Positions 15,770 to 30,700 are shown, counted from the first letter of the stretch. The stretch is 64,000 nucleotides of DNA from Bacteroidales bacterium (GCA_017962615.1 JAGCUZ010000067.1:1017-65016), one strand, 5' to 3'. Made by a program: numbers and translations. Notes: generated by a model not told the origin, from the sequence alone.

Positions 15770-18700
15770 ATGATGAGAACAAACAACAATATGACCGAGA
15801 ACAGAAGTATGTTGAACAACAATATGACCGAGAACAGAAGTATGTCAAACAACAATATGACCGAGAAAAGAAGTATGTCGAAAATGAAAGTGATGAAGTA
15901 TGGTGCGGCGGTGTGCATGCTGGCGGCTATGATGGCGCTGGGCACACCCGCGGGCATGGCGCAGGGTTATGCGCCCAACTCGACCGGCACGGGTACTGTG
16001 ACCAACAGCAACCCGGGTTATGCCATCTACAACGGCACGTATTACATCGGCGGTTCGTCGATAATGGGCTCGCGCACGTTCCAGCCGCGTAGCTGTGTGT
16101 GGACGTCGACCAACGACAAATGGAAGAATAGCGCCGACTACTACCTGAGCTTTGTGGCTGGTCTGTTCTCGTCGGGTCTTGGCTTGACGTCGAATCTTCC
16201 CGACGCTACGTCCTATTTCATGTCGGGAACCGAGAGCGGCACCACGGGAAGGTATCTGTATTCGGTCTTCGACGGCGATAAGCAGTACATGACCTACGGC
16301 AGCAAGTGGATACAGTCGAGCACCGACTCGGCCGCCTGCGTGTTTACGATAGCCAAGCATGAGTATACTCCCACGTGGCAGTCGCCTGTGATAGGATGTA
16401 ACAGCGAGCTGTACCCCGGCAATATTCAGCTCACTGTCTCGACTGCGGCGAGCCTGAACCCCGAGATGGCGTATGTGGATTATGAGTTCTGCAACAACGC
16501 TCATCACTACTACCTGGCCGACAACGTGACGGCCTTGGCCACTGCATGTCCTGCCGCCACGTTCAACTATGTGTGGACGATGACGGGCGTCGACAGCCTG
16601 TATGCCACGCTGAACAGCAGCACGGGCGTGCTGAGCTATGTGAACCCTGTGCCAACCGAGACAGAGGTGACGATAACGCTGACGGCCACGAGCCGTACCT
16701 ACGGGCAGGTGCTTACGGGCACCAAGCGTGTGACGCTGAAGCCGCTGGTGCTTACCAGCGCAAGTGAGGTGTCATCGGGAATCTTCCACGTGTATGCCCT
16801 GCGCAACATGGGGACAGGCGAGTACCTGCGCGACAAGCAGGATGCGACAATGCACTACGTGGCGGCGCAGAGCGGCAACCTTGCCGACTCGGTGACGCAC
16901 GGCGTCATGGGCTGGTACTTCATGGATGCCGGCGCCGGCTATGTGTACATACGTAACTACCAGACGGGTGCTTACCTGTACTGCAACTACACCGCCGGAG
17001 CGCGTGAGCACAGCATACTGGTGAGTGCCGAGATGCCTGCGGGCAACAGCGGCAAGTTCCTCCTCGATGCTATCCGCAACGAGAACGGCATTGGTATGGC
17101 CATAAAGCCTTATGGAACCACGGGCCTGTCGGTGTATCCCTATTCGACCAACAGCGGCGACGCCGGAACCTACTTGGCAACAGCATCGGCCACGGCGCTG
17201 TGGCAACCTCAGATTGTACAGATGCTGCGCAGCATAAGCACCACGCCGGTGCAGCTGGCCGCCCAGCAGAACGTGGCCCTCGGCGCCATCACGCCCGACG
17301 GCGGCAGCGTGCCTTACGGCGGCGGCGACCTCTTCACGGTTACGCCGTCGGCGCTGACGGTGAACCCCGTGATCGAGCGTCCCTCGTACCGCGAGTACCG
17401 CCGCAACGACAACGTGGCGCGCTACTATTGGAGCAGCACCGAGCAGAGCGAGAACCTGTCGTTCCACAGCAACGCCCCCGAGGTGATAAGCGCCGAGGGC
17501 GGGTGGAGCGGCACCATGGTGCAGACGCAGGTGACGCGCTACCACTGGACGCTTGCCGACTACAACGGCACCAACGCGCTCGAAAACCTGTCGTTTGCCG
17601 CCCACACGGCCCGCGCCGACACCACGGCGGCCCGCCGCAACAACGGCAACGGCGAAATCACAGTGTACAACTATCACCAGAACGCCAACCTCACGACGCG
17701 CCGCCAGGCCACGCTGAGCGTGGAGGCCATATACGAGAACGTGGACGCGCTGGGCAACACCTTCACGTTCCGCAGCGCCACGTCGAGCACCACGGCGGGA
17801 GCCGTGCAGTCACTGTCGCTGATTGAGTACACCACCAACGCCCGCGACAGTATATACGCCTACTGCCTTGTGAACTTCAACAGAGGCGCGCTGAGCGACA
17901 CCATCACCGGCACGCGCCGCAACGCCAACGCCACGACGGCCAACACGGTGACCGTGAGCGGCGGCCAGAATACCGCCGACAGGTACTGGTACCTGGTGCG
18001 CACGGCCGACAACGACGGGTCGGTGTATGTGGTCAACCTGCTCACGAAACGCTACCTGTACTGCACGGGTACGGCAGGCAACAACACCGTGACGACGCGC
18101 TACAGCGCCACGGCGCCCGCCGAGTCGAACTACAAGTTCACGATGAGCAACGTTACGGTCGACGGCATCGGCTACCTGCGCCTGTCGCCCAAGAATGCCG
18201 CGGGCTACTACGTGCGCAGCAACGACGCCAACAACAGCGGCAACATCAACATGACCAATGCAGGGTCGGGCGATGCGTACAACTACACGCTGTGGCGCAA
18301 CTACAAAGAGCTGGTGTGTGTGATAGCACCGCAAGTGAGCAACGTTGAGTTGCTTACCGCTACCCTCGACGCTGCGGTCGACACCATGCTCACAACCACT
18401 GGCGAATACCGCTATGGAGCCAGCTGTGCCATAGTCCCTCCCCACTACATGCTTAATGGTTACAACTACTACTACACAGTGGCCAACGGAGTGTGGACGA
18501 GAGGAACGGGCCAGACCATAATAGCCACCACCGACCAGCCGTATGTGCCAGGCATAGCCCAAATTGAATGGAGCCTGCGTGCCGGAGCGCGCGACGGTGC
18601 TGTGGTGGCCGGCGGCAACTATATTGACAACGGCAACACCACCAACAAAGCATATATCAACTACAATACGCTGGCCACAGGCCACGGTATCGACACGCTT

Positions 18701-21700
18701 GAGGCACATTTCACATATGCGGGCTATCCCGATGCATCGGTCCAACAGTGGCTGATACACTACGGCGGCACGGCGGCGCCTACGTCGATAACGGTGACCC
18801 CCGAGGTGGTGGGCACCGAGACGCGCCTGCCGTACAGTCTGACCTACGAACTCGAGCCGTCGTATGCCTATGACAGCGTTGTGTGCACCACATCTGACAA
18901 CACCGTGGCGCCTGTGAGCGGCTGGTCGCGCGGCGGCCGTATCAACCTCACGGCAGGCAACAGCCTGGGCATAGCCACCGTTACGCTGACTGCCTACGGC
19001 CGCGGCTTGTCGACGGGCGTGACGGCCACTGTGACTGTCAACACCTACACGGCCTGCGCCACGCCGTCGTACACCGACGGAGCCGCCTATTTCCACGGCG
19101 AGACGCTGAAGATAAGCAACGGCACCGAGAGCGGAGCCAACGTTGACACGATATACTACACCACCAACGGTACAGACCCGACGGTGGAGGGTTCGTCGAG
19201 CATCCTGTCGGGCGGCAGCATATCGGTGGCCGAATGTGAGGACGGCGCTATTGTCAAGGCGCTGGCCTGGCGCGACGGCCACGCCGAGTCGGACATAGCG
19301 CAGTACACCGTGAACCGCTACGACGCGCCCGAGGTTACCGACCACGTGTCGAAGAACCAGCTCGACGTCAAGAACGGCGAGCGTGCGGGCGACGGCACCT
19401 CGCATGTGCGCTACACTGTGAACGGCCTTGCGCCGCAGTACAGCACGCCCACCACGGTGACCGGTGCCTCGGCCGACACCGCAGTGAGCATCGCCGTGCT
19501 GGCGCGCGGTACCGCCGTGTCGCTGCGCACCTACGGCGACACCAAGTATCCGTCGGAGATGGTGAAGAGGAACATAATGCGCTACACCAAGCCGCATATC
19601 GACAACTACACGCCCTACAGCGACGCCCTGTCGACCAACCTTACGGGCCGTATCTACTCCAACGGCGGCTCGTGCATATACGTGAACTCCGACAAGTTCG
19701 AGGTTGACGGCGTCACGCTGAAGGACCCCAACCCGTGGGACCCCACAACCTACACTATCAAGGTCAGTACTGGAACTAACATAAGTCTGGCGGTGGGTCG
19801 CATCAAAGCCGTTGCCGCAGTGTGCAACACCGAGGGAGTGCGCGGCGAGGTGCTCTACACGTCGCGAGTGGCCGTCATCGACCAGAACTACACGCCCTAT
19901 ATCGCCTTTCAGTACACCGACGGTACCAACGAGCGCTTCCTGTCGCTGAACCACGAGACCCGCCAGATGGAGACCTCGACAGAGTTCGACCAGTACTGCC
20001 TGTGGAAACGAAATCTGAGCAGCTTCATATCGCAGACCTTCAACAGCACCACATATTATCTTGGTGTGAACAGCGACAACAGGTTGTTCATCACCACCGA
20101 CACCAACGCGGCAACCCGCTTTGTTGACTGGGACAACAAGCTGTACCGCTTGACGAGAGACGGGCGCTTCGTGTCGCCCACGCAGGTGGTGCAGCTCGGC
20201 GGCAACGGAGTGTGGAGCACCACGATGGTTATCGACGGCGTGAACTCGCAGATAGCCTATCTGGTTAAGACCGATCAGAGAGACGAGAGCGAACACCGCG
20301 TGCTGAGAGACTTCTACATAGACTCTATAGCATCGGACAGCACCGGCAAGGCCTACGACGCCTACAGCCTGCATAAATACCGCACATGGCTGGCTATGGA
20401 CCAGAGCGGCGAGCGCTACAGCCTGAGCGTGCAGCCACACGTAAGCTACAGAACCCATACGCTGCCCGCCTATACATATTATTATTTCGACGACCGCACA
20501 AGCACGAGCAACAACTTTGTGTACTACAGCTCGCACTCGTACAGAAGCGAGATGGACCTGCCGCACACGGAGCGTGACGAGAACAGCACGGCGAGCACCA
20601 ACGTGACCTACCACTGGGTGCTTACGGGCAACGAGGCGGGAGCCTTTGCGTCGGTGTCGAGCACCACCAACAAGCAGATTGTGCAGCGCACCGCCACGGC
20701 CGTCGACAGGCCTAAGAGAGCCCGCCTTACGGTGTGGGCGCGCTACGACGACGGCGAGACGGCCATGAATGCCTACACCGACACGGTGACGCTTATAGCC
20801 GAGTCGCGTACCACGCTGCTTACCTCCAACACCGGCGACGGCTTCCTGAACGACCGCGTGTATGTGCTTGTCAGCTACGCCGACACGGCCTACCGAGTGA
20901 GTTTCTCGGACGGCAGCGCCAACGGCGTCGACAATCCCGCTGTGCTTTCGGTGCGCGCGGGCCACAACAGCCTGTGGCGTATGCGTGCTGTGCAGGACGG
21001 TGCAAACTACTATTACACCTTCAACAGCATCAACAGCGGCAACCCGCTGGTGTGGAACCACGACACGAGCAGCGTGCAGGACAACCCCGCAGTGTATGTG
21101 GGCCGTCCCGCTGTTGCCGCCGACAGCCAGTTTGTGCTGACGCCTTATGCCGATGCCGAGAACGGCGTGTACTTCACCCTCGAGCCGCGTCGTGTGGCCA
21201 CCAACCATCCGTACCACTACCTCTCGCTGACGCCCTACGGCGCAGCCTTCAGCGAGAACAATTCGCTGCGTCTCATCAACTATCACCGAAGCAACAACCT
21301 CTACTACGTCAACCAGTGGGTCAACTCGTACTACGACAGCCCTGTGTCGGCCTTCGAGCTGTCGCGTCTGCAGCTGCGTACGCCCAAGATGCCCGAGCCT
21401 GGCATATACATGGACGAAAACGGCATAGTGTCGCTGGTCGACTCGGTGTCGATACTCAACAGTGTAGATGTTACTATATATTATAAGCTGTGCCGTCTTG
21501 GCGGCAGCTGGAGCGCCGACTGGCTCACATACTACGAGGCCGACAAGCCGCGTCTGGAGCTTGGCGACAAGATAAAGGCCTACAGTGTGGCGACCGGCAG
21601 CTACTCGTACTTCCTGCCGTCGGAGGTTACCGACGAGTTTACGGCCCTCAAGGTGTCGACACCTGTGATATACAGCAACGGCAACTTGATAGCCTTCGAG

Positions 21701-24700
21701 GCCACCACCACGACGACCGGCGAGCCCATAGAGGGCGCACGCTTCTACTACACCCTCGACGGAAGCACGGTGCCCACCAGCGACATCGGCCTGCGCTTCT
21801 CGGAGCCGTACGACACCCTCAGAGCCAACTACACGGTGAAGTGCGTGGCCTATGCCGACAACTACCTGAAGTCGGATGTGGCAACGCTGGGCTTCACGAC
21901 GAAGCTGGAACTGGTCATGGATGTGACCGGCACATCGACTTACAATGTTACGCTGGGCGTTATCAACGGAAGCGTTACCCAGGGTACCCATTACAATATA
22001 TATTATACAACCGACGGTACGACACCTACGACGTCGAGCACACTCTACAACGGCCAGTTCCAGCTGACAGGCTACGCCTTGGTGAAGGCCAGAGCCATAA
22101 CAAGGAACCCCAGCGTGTGCAGCACCTCCGACGTGGTGACGCGCTTTGTGGGCAAGCAGCTATATGTGCTCAACTACAACGCCAATGGAGGCACCTCGAG
22201 CGACACCAACTTCATGTACGTGACCGACGGCGGCGACTTGAACAACGACAATGTGCCGCATTACACCTCGTTCGTGGTGGGACCCGCAACGGGCAATGTG
22301 GGCGGCGACCTGTTCTACAGCTATGTGAACGATGGCTACTTGGGGTGCCATGTCAGCGGTGTGCCTATTGCCGCCGTGACCTCGGCCGTCGAGGCCAGCC
22401 TCTGGATATACGAGCCCGCCACGCACCGCCTGCACACCGCGGCAGGCGACTATGTGGCCTTCGACGCCGCGCAGAGCAAATGGACGGTGTGCGAGCTGAC
22501 CGACGGCAACCCGCCCGCCAACCACTACGTAAATGTGTGCTTCCCCGCCGACACGCAGACGCATCTCCAGGACACCATAGTGACGGTGACGCCCAACGAG
22601 CTGCACTTCTCGCTGATGCAGCCGGCACGGTGGACCGGTGCCGTGGAGGGATTGGGCATCAACCGTCCCGAATGGGATGTATATGACATGGACGGCAACT
22701 GGCTGTCAGTGAACAGCGGCGACACCATGAAAGTCTTCTCGTCGGTGATGGCCACCGTCGACTCGCTGATACGCCTGGAGCATGTCGACCTCTCGATACG
22801 TGACAATGTTGGCGGCAGCGAGCTGCAGTCGTGGCACCACCTGCCCGACCGCGACCGGTTCACCGCCCGAGAGTCGGAAGTGTCGACCGAGAAGCTGGTT
22901 ACCATCGACGCCCACCGTCTTGGCGGCCATGTGGTGTGGACCTTCAACAGCACCACCAAGCGTCCAGAGACCAACGCGGCCGACCGCAGCGGAGCCTTCA
23001 ACAGCTATATAAACTACGTTTTTGTCGGCGCTCCCGATTACGACACGCTGTGCCTGATACGTAACAACACCGCCACGAGCGGCCCCGACTTCTCTGGCCG
23101 CCTGTCGGTGGAGGCGACGGTACCCAGCGGCGGAGTGTCTTATAACTTCCCGCGTCAGACGGGCTACGTGTACGCCGAGACGCGCGACAACGGCAACTTG
23201 TCGATATCGTCGTCGCAGACCTACAAGCTTACGGCCATGAACGACAACACACGCTACCTTTCCATACTTGCAGGCAGCGAGGCCGACCACGAGTATGTAG
23301 GCGACGAGCCTATCATAGGTCTGCAGTCGCATTACAACCGCTATGCGCTGTGGCAGTTCCGTCAGGTGCGCAACAGTACCGACAACAGCCGCGTGTGGCA
23401 CATCTACAACTACTTCCAGCCCGAGGATTCGGTGGTGTGGATAAACAACTGGTGCTGGGAGAAGGACACCTACGGCTCCATCTACCTGTACAACCCCGTT
23501 AGCAACGCCGCCTACGCATGGAAAGTGTCGCACCCCGACCCCATAGGAGGCGGCAACAGCACCAAGTGCGACTTTGCTATAAACCTCAATAAGGGCGGCT
23601 ATGTAACCATATCGCCCTATAACAACAACGGCACCGAGACGTGGGCCAAGCGCAGTTCGCAGCGCCTGTCGCTCATAGAGAACAGCAACACCGCCACGAG
23701 CACGCGCTACAGCCACATAGGCTTGGCCTACACCTACTGGGGCAAGGGCCACTACAACCCGTCGAACGACACCACGACGTTCTACAAGTGCCGCTGGAAG
23801 CTGGCTCCCGCCACGCTGGTGGAGCCGTTGGTGAGCATGAACCCCTCGGGCGAGGTGACCTTCGAGCACGACTTCCTCACCGCCCCCGATGCAGAGCTGC
23901 GCAACGCCACCAAGATATTCTACACCCTCAACGGCGACACTCCCACCTCCACCGAGAGTGCCACCAATATGATATACGACCCCGCCAACAAGCCGGTGAT
24001 GACCTATGGTCAGACGCTGAAGGCGGTGGCCTACATAAACTACCAAAGCACTGAGCAGACCTCGCCGGTGGTGACGTTCACCCCCGAGCGTTGCGTTGCG
24101 CCCACTATTGCCGAGGGCGAAGGCGGCACCTTCGTCATCAACCATACCGCCGGCGACAGTGTGAAATATAGCCTCAACAGCGCGGTAATAGCGTGGGACT
24201 GCGGAGCCCCCGACTGCAAGCTGTACGAGGACGGCCGTCAGATATCGATGGAAGACGGCGACATATACCGCATGGTGGCCTTCAAGCACAACTACTTCGA
24301 GTCTGAGATTGCCTCCTACTACCATGTGAACAAGCTTGAGCTGAACCTGGCCTATACGCCTTCGACCACCGACGGCGTTACGACCACGGCCCCCGAGGTG
24401 GCACTGACGGTGCCTGGCGCACTGCCTGGCTTCTACGCCATATACTGGACGGTAGACAACAGCGTTGACATGGCCCACCTCAACCAGGCGAGCCTGCCCG
24501 CCACAGTGCATGTGTACACGGGTCCGGTCAACGACACCTTGACGGTGCTGCCGCGCAACACCAGCACCATCTTCCGTGCCGTGGCCATGAGCACCGGCAC
24601 CGTAACCTACTACGAGGCGAGCGATGTGGTGCAGCAGCCTGTGATGTGGGGCTTCGGCAGCGGCCAGACGCTGCAGTACGGCACGGGAACGCAGTCAGAC

Positions 24701-27700
24701 CCGTACCAGATACATACGGCCGGCGACCTGATGATTGTGGCCGGCAACACGGCATTGCGCAGCGGCTATTTCAAGGTGATGGAGGACATCGACGCCACGG
24801 GCTGCTCGGTGCCTTCGATAGGAGGAGCGGACTTCAGCGGCAACTGGGACGGCAACTACAAGGTGATAAAAGGCCTGGTGAATCCCATGTTTGAGTCGAC
24901 ATACGATGCATGGGTGTACAACACTATGCTCGACGCCGCCAACATCAGCGCTACCGGCGACTACTGCGGAGCCATAGTGGGTCAGGCCAAAGGCGATACA
25001 AGAGTGTTCAACAGCGGTGTGATAGCGAAGAGCGGCGTGTCGCGCGTGTCGGGCACACGCTATGTGGGTGGCCTGGTGGGCTACCTGGCCGACGATTCGC
25101 GCGTGGTGAACTGCTACAACTACGCCTCGGTGAGTGCGTCGGCAGCCAACGGCTATGCCGGCGGCCTGGTGGGCTACCAGGTTACGGCGAGCGATGTGTC
25201 GAGCATTGGAGCCATAGTGTTCAACTGCATGAACTACGGCGATGTGTTGTCGGTCCAAACGGTTGCGCCCGTGGTGGGCGGCAATGCCACGAGCAACGTG
25301 GCCCCCAACGGCATAAACACTTATCTGTACTACGCGCACGAAGTGGAGCTGACGGGTACCACGATAGCCTACAACGCCGCCATCGACGTGGAGAAACGCT
25401 ATATAGAGCGGTATCCCTTGTATCGCTACATACTCAATTCGAACCTCGAAAAGAGCGGCTACTTCATCAATTCGGTATTGAGCAGCCAAAACGTAGGCAA
25501 ATGGGTGCTCGACAGAAATGTGGCGCCCTACCCCGTGGTGCTCTGCCCCATGGGTAGACGTACCACAGGCGAGTTCAACAAATACATTGTCAGCAACAGC
25601 GCGACCTACCCGTCGACCGAGGGCAACGCATACGAAGGCAAGCGACTGGGTATGCTGAACGTGACGATAAACCGCGGTGCATACGGTACGGGGGCGGCCT
25701 CGACGACGGTGGCAATACCCATCACCGACATCGACACGCCTAACTTCGACTACAACTACTACAAGATACAGCTGCCCTACTACCAGGAATACTTCGACTA
25801 CAGCAACAGCGAGGCGAAGATAGTGACGGGCTGGAAGGTGACGAGCGTTACCAAGAACGGTTCGACGCTGACCTCGTTTGTGAGCGGCGACCTGCAGCAC
25901 TACAACTATGCTGACCGCAGCAACCCCACCAAGGACATATATGATGCCACGAACAACAAGTACCGCGTGTTTGCGCAGGGCGGCTACTACAATGTGCCCG
26001 AAGGGGTGACGGCAATAACCATAGAGGCCTACTGGGCCAAAGCTATATACCTGCAGGACCAGTATTATGATGTGACATTCAATGCCAGTGATTACGGTGG
26101 TAGGACCAATGTTACCTTCTATGGCACCAGACCTACACAATATCACGGTCAAACGGTGAAGACCTCAATTGACGCCGCATTGAATGCACTGACCAACGAA
26201 AATACGGTTTACGACCAGGCCATTGTTTTGGTGGGCAATTGCCATTATAGGCACGAGCGCGGGAATAACGGTTGGTATAATAGTACGAGCAAGCCGTTCA
26301 CTATAATGAGTGCTGACGACGATAAAGACCTCGAGCCCGACAACGTAATGGTACATCAGCACGAAGGTCGTAGAAACATCAATCCCGTGCGTTTTGACTT
26401 CATGGGAAATCCCGGCCTCAGTATGACCTCCATGCCGACGGGTTCAGCGACGCAGGCTATACACGGAATATGGCAGCCGAACGGCCATTTTGAGATTACC
26501 GAGACCTGTATAGCCCGCTACAGCCAGTTTGAATATTATTATAAAAATAACTCACAACCCATAATATTAAACGGCGGCATATTTGAAAACATGCTCTCCA
26601 CAAAGAGTGACCCTGCAACTGCGCTGTCGTATATACAGATGGGAGGACATGTGTGGATGAGGCTGTTCACGCCAGGCTGCCACTCGGATGTGTCTAAAAT
26701 GACAAAGCATTGCCCGATAATCGTTACGGGCGGCGAGTACGAGGAGTTCTACCTATCGGGAATGACAAACCCCAATGCTCCGGAAAATAACGAAGATCCT
26801 TATCTGTTTGCCAACGGTGGACGCTTTGGCACGTATGCCTCCGGCGGTATGGAGAAGATTCCAGCCAATGTGACTGTGGAGTGCGACCATATCATAGCCG
26901 ACGAGTTCTATGGCGGCGGTATAAATGCAGCCAAACCAATTACGGGCAACATATCGGTGACGGTGAACAACTCGAAGATAGGCCTCTATGTGGGCGGTCC
27001 CAAATTCGGCGATATGTCCAGTGGCAAGACTGTTACCACCAACGCCACCAACACGGTGTTTGGCACCTATTTCGGCGCCGGCTACGGCGGTACGGCAATT
27101 TATAGAGACCGAGTCTGTCAAGACCCCGTTAACTCCCCGAATTATAATTGGTCTGTTTGCTTTACAGGAGACAGCCCGACGGTATCTTGGGGCGGTAGGA
27201 GCGGAGTTCTCAATTACAAAGTCAATAGAGGCAAGAAATTCAACAACGGTGTGTTGGTTGGCTACGACTGGGATTTGCTTCCAGGTTCAGGAGGTATTAG
27301 CAGCTTAAAGAGTGTTGCACGTTTGTACTACCATTATGCGACGCTGTCGCGTGCCAATACAAGGGGAGTCAGCAACACATTGGTCGGCTGCACGGTGAAA
27401 AACGACTTCTACGGAGCAGGCTATGTTGGAACAACTACGGGCGATGTTAACACGACGTTGACCGACTGCACGATAGAGGGCTCGGCCTACGGCGCTGGTT
27501 ACTCGGCAAAGGTGCCAATGTGCGGTGTAGACGCCGTGCCTACGGTATACCCCTATTACACAGTCCAGACAAGTTACTACGATGTTCCGCCGGTGAACGA
27601 CAAGACGTACTACACATGGAACACTGTGAGTGGTAGTATTCCTAACGGGACAGACTGCCTTGACAATACAGACTATTTAATAAAAACCACTGCATCGACA

Positions 27701-30700
27701 TCAGGCCTCGGTACGGTGACGGGCAACGTGAGCCTTACCATTGACGGCAACAGCTACATAAACGGCGACGTGTACGGCGGCGGCGACGAGGCCAGCGTGA
27801 GCGGCAATACCACGGTGGTGATAAAAGACCTGACGTATGTGGACGGCGATGTGTTCGGCGCGGGTAACCTGGCCGTGGTTACGGGCAACACCTCGCTGAC
27901 TGTGGGCAGTGCCGATGGTAGCGACAAACCCTACTTGTACGGAGATGTGTACGCCGGTGGCAACCAGGCTGATGTAGGCGCAGCAGCATCCAACAACAGT
28001 ACTACTTCGGTTACCATCAACACGGGAGCCATGGGAAGTGTGTACGGCGGCGGCAACGAGGGATCGGTGTTCGGTTCGACTGTTGTTAACGTCAACGGTG
28101 GCTGGATAGGCTATGAGTACTCGGCCGAGGGCGACGTGAACCGCGAGAATCCCGTGAAGGTGCCTGTCGACTTCGGCGACACGAGGCTCACCGACGTGGT
28201 GTGCGGCGCAGGCTACGGTATAGGAACCACTGTTACCAAGACCACCACCGTAAACATAGGCAACGCCAGCTCGATGGCGGGCGATGTGCATATATTCGGC
28301 TCGGTGTACGGCGGCGGCGAGGAAGGCCAGGTGGGCGGCGGCTATATACGCCGTAACGTGAAGAGCGGCGAGAACGTGAGCAGCGGCTATTACACAATGG
28401 ACCCCGCCGACTCGTTAATCAAGAGCATGACGGGCGTTGCCACGGCACCCTGCGACACCTTCTATTACAAGAAGTACGACCCCAGCACCTATGGTGCAGG
28501 CTGGGACAACATAACCAGCCGCGTGACGGTGAAGAGCGACGGCACCAACAAGGTGTTTGTCGAGGGAGCCGTCTTCGGTGCAGGCCGTGGCTTCTACAGC
28601 GAATACGAGGAGCATAAAGGCAAGTACAGCACATACGCCAATCACTCGCCCGAGAAGGAGATACGAGGCACCATATACGGCAACACCATTGCCGAAGTGG
28701 GTACAGTGGGACAGGACACCTCGATGATTACCATCAAGACCATGAACTACTACACCACGTGGGAGGAGGCGAAGAGCTACGGCCTCGTGGGCAGCAGCGC
28801 CCTGTCGGGAGCTGTGTTCTGGGAGCAGAGCCTCTTTGTGAAGGATGCCGACTACGGCGCCATTGTGGAGCTTACGCCCGGTATACTGGGCAACAAGATA
28901 AACGCCGAGGGTAGAGACGGCAGCAAGGTGCTGAACTTCGACCCCGGCCGACTCGACGTGGTGAAGAATGTGCAGTATTACCTCAACACAGGCCGAGTGT
29001 CGGTAGCCGGCGGCGGCGAGGAAGGTGCAGTGGTGGGTAACTACAACGGCACCTACAGCAGCAGCGGCAAGGGCGGCAACAGCACGGTGATAGTGCACTC
29101 GGGCACCCTTGGCGATGTGCAGTACCACACGCGCAGCGGCGAGAACTTCGGCGAGGTGAACGGCTGCGTGTACGGCGCAGGTATCAGTGCCGACATCGAC
29201 GGCGTGAGCCGTATTATATTCGACGGACCCACCATACATTGCAGGGGCGACGTGTACGCCGGCGGCTGTATGGGAGCAGTGCACGCTTACAAGCGTGCTT
29301 CGGCAGGTACGGCCGTGACGGCCACCCAGGTTACCTTCGAGCAGGGCTGGGCGCGCAACGTGCATGCAGGCTCCAACCTGGCTCCCACACCTGCGGGCAA
29401 CAACGCAGTGCTTACCATAGGCAAGGCCGAATGGAGCGACGACGGCTACCGCGAGTCGGAGTGGAACAACACCCTGGTGTCGGAGTCGTGCTACGGCGGC
29501 AACGGTTTCAGCGGCAGCGACGCCGTGACCTATGTAGACATGTACAGCGGCAAGGTGGGCTACGTGCTCTCGGGCTATGACATCAACCTTGTGGGCGACG
29601 CGGTGAACAAGAACCACCGTCATGCCGACAACGGAGTGGTGGCAGCCCCGTTCGACGTGCCGAAGAATGTGGTTGTGTCCAACCATCAGGGAGAACTTCT
29701 GTACGAAGGCGCCTTGTACGGAGCCGGTTTCGGTCCCCAGGCCCACGTGCGTAGCAGCAACGTGACGCTGCACGGCGGCTCTGTGCGTAACGGTGTGTAC
29801 GGTGCCGGTGAGATGGGAGCCGTGATTGCCATGACCGGCGACGGAGAGCCTCTGGGCTCGTACCGCCACACCAAAGTGGAGAGCGACGGCACGGTGAAGA
29901 ACGTGTGGACACCCTACTATGCAGGAGCCACAGCCAACGTGGAGATGCGCGGCGGCATAGCAGCAATGGTGTGCGGCGGCGGCCGTGGATACAGTAACTT
30001 CCTGCAGGTGGAAGGCGACCTGCCCGGCGCGGTGTGCGGCAACACCAACGTGACCATATCGGGCGGCACCGTCGACACCATAAAATATGACTACGACCTC
30101 GGCGGCGGCTCGGTCTTCGGCGGTGGCTTGGAGGGCGTTGTTACAGGCAACACCACCGTGACGATAAGCGGCGGCCACGTGAAAGGCCGTGTGTACGGCG
30201 GTGGCCGCGGTTTCCGCGGAGCCATAGAAGGTAAATATTATGACTCGTCGGAGAACATCAAGGACCGCGCTGCGGTGAATGCCGGCGCAGTGCTCGGCAA
30301 CACATCGGTGAGCCTGGCGCGCGACTGCGAAGCCATAGTCGAGAAGGGCGTGTACGGTGGCGGCGAAGGCTGCAACTACATCACCCCGACGGCCAGCGGC
30401 CAGCGCAAGGACACCGTGGGCGTGGTGTACGGCAACGCCACGGTCGACATTGCCGGCGGCGTGATTGGCCTGGGTCTGAACTATGCCGGAGTGAGCGAGA
30501 ACGGCTCGTATGCCGGTGGACGTATAGCCCCGGTGTACGGCTATGCCGACATGCTTGTGCATGGCACTGCCGAGGTGGCCTCGGTGTTTGGCGGCAACGA
30601 CATCAGCGGTTTCGTCGGCGGACGCGGACGCTCCAACACGGTGTCGCTGTACCGCTCGGAGGTTGACGGCTCCTCGCCGCTCCTCTCGCGCGACAGCACC

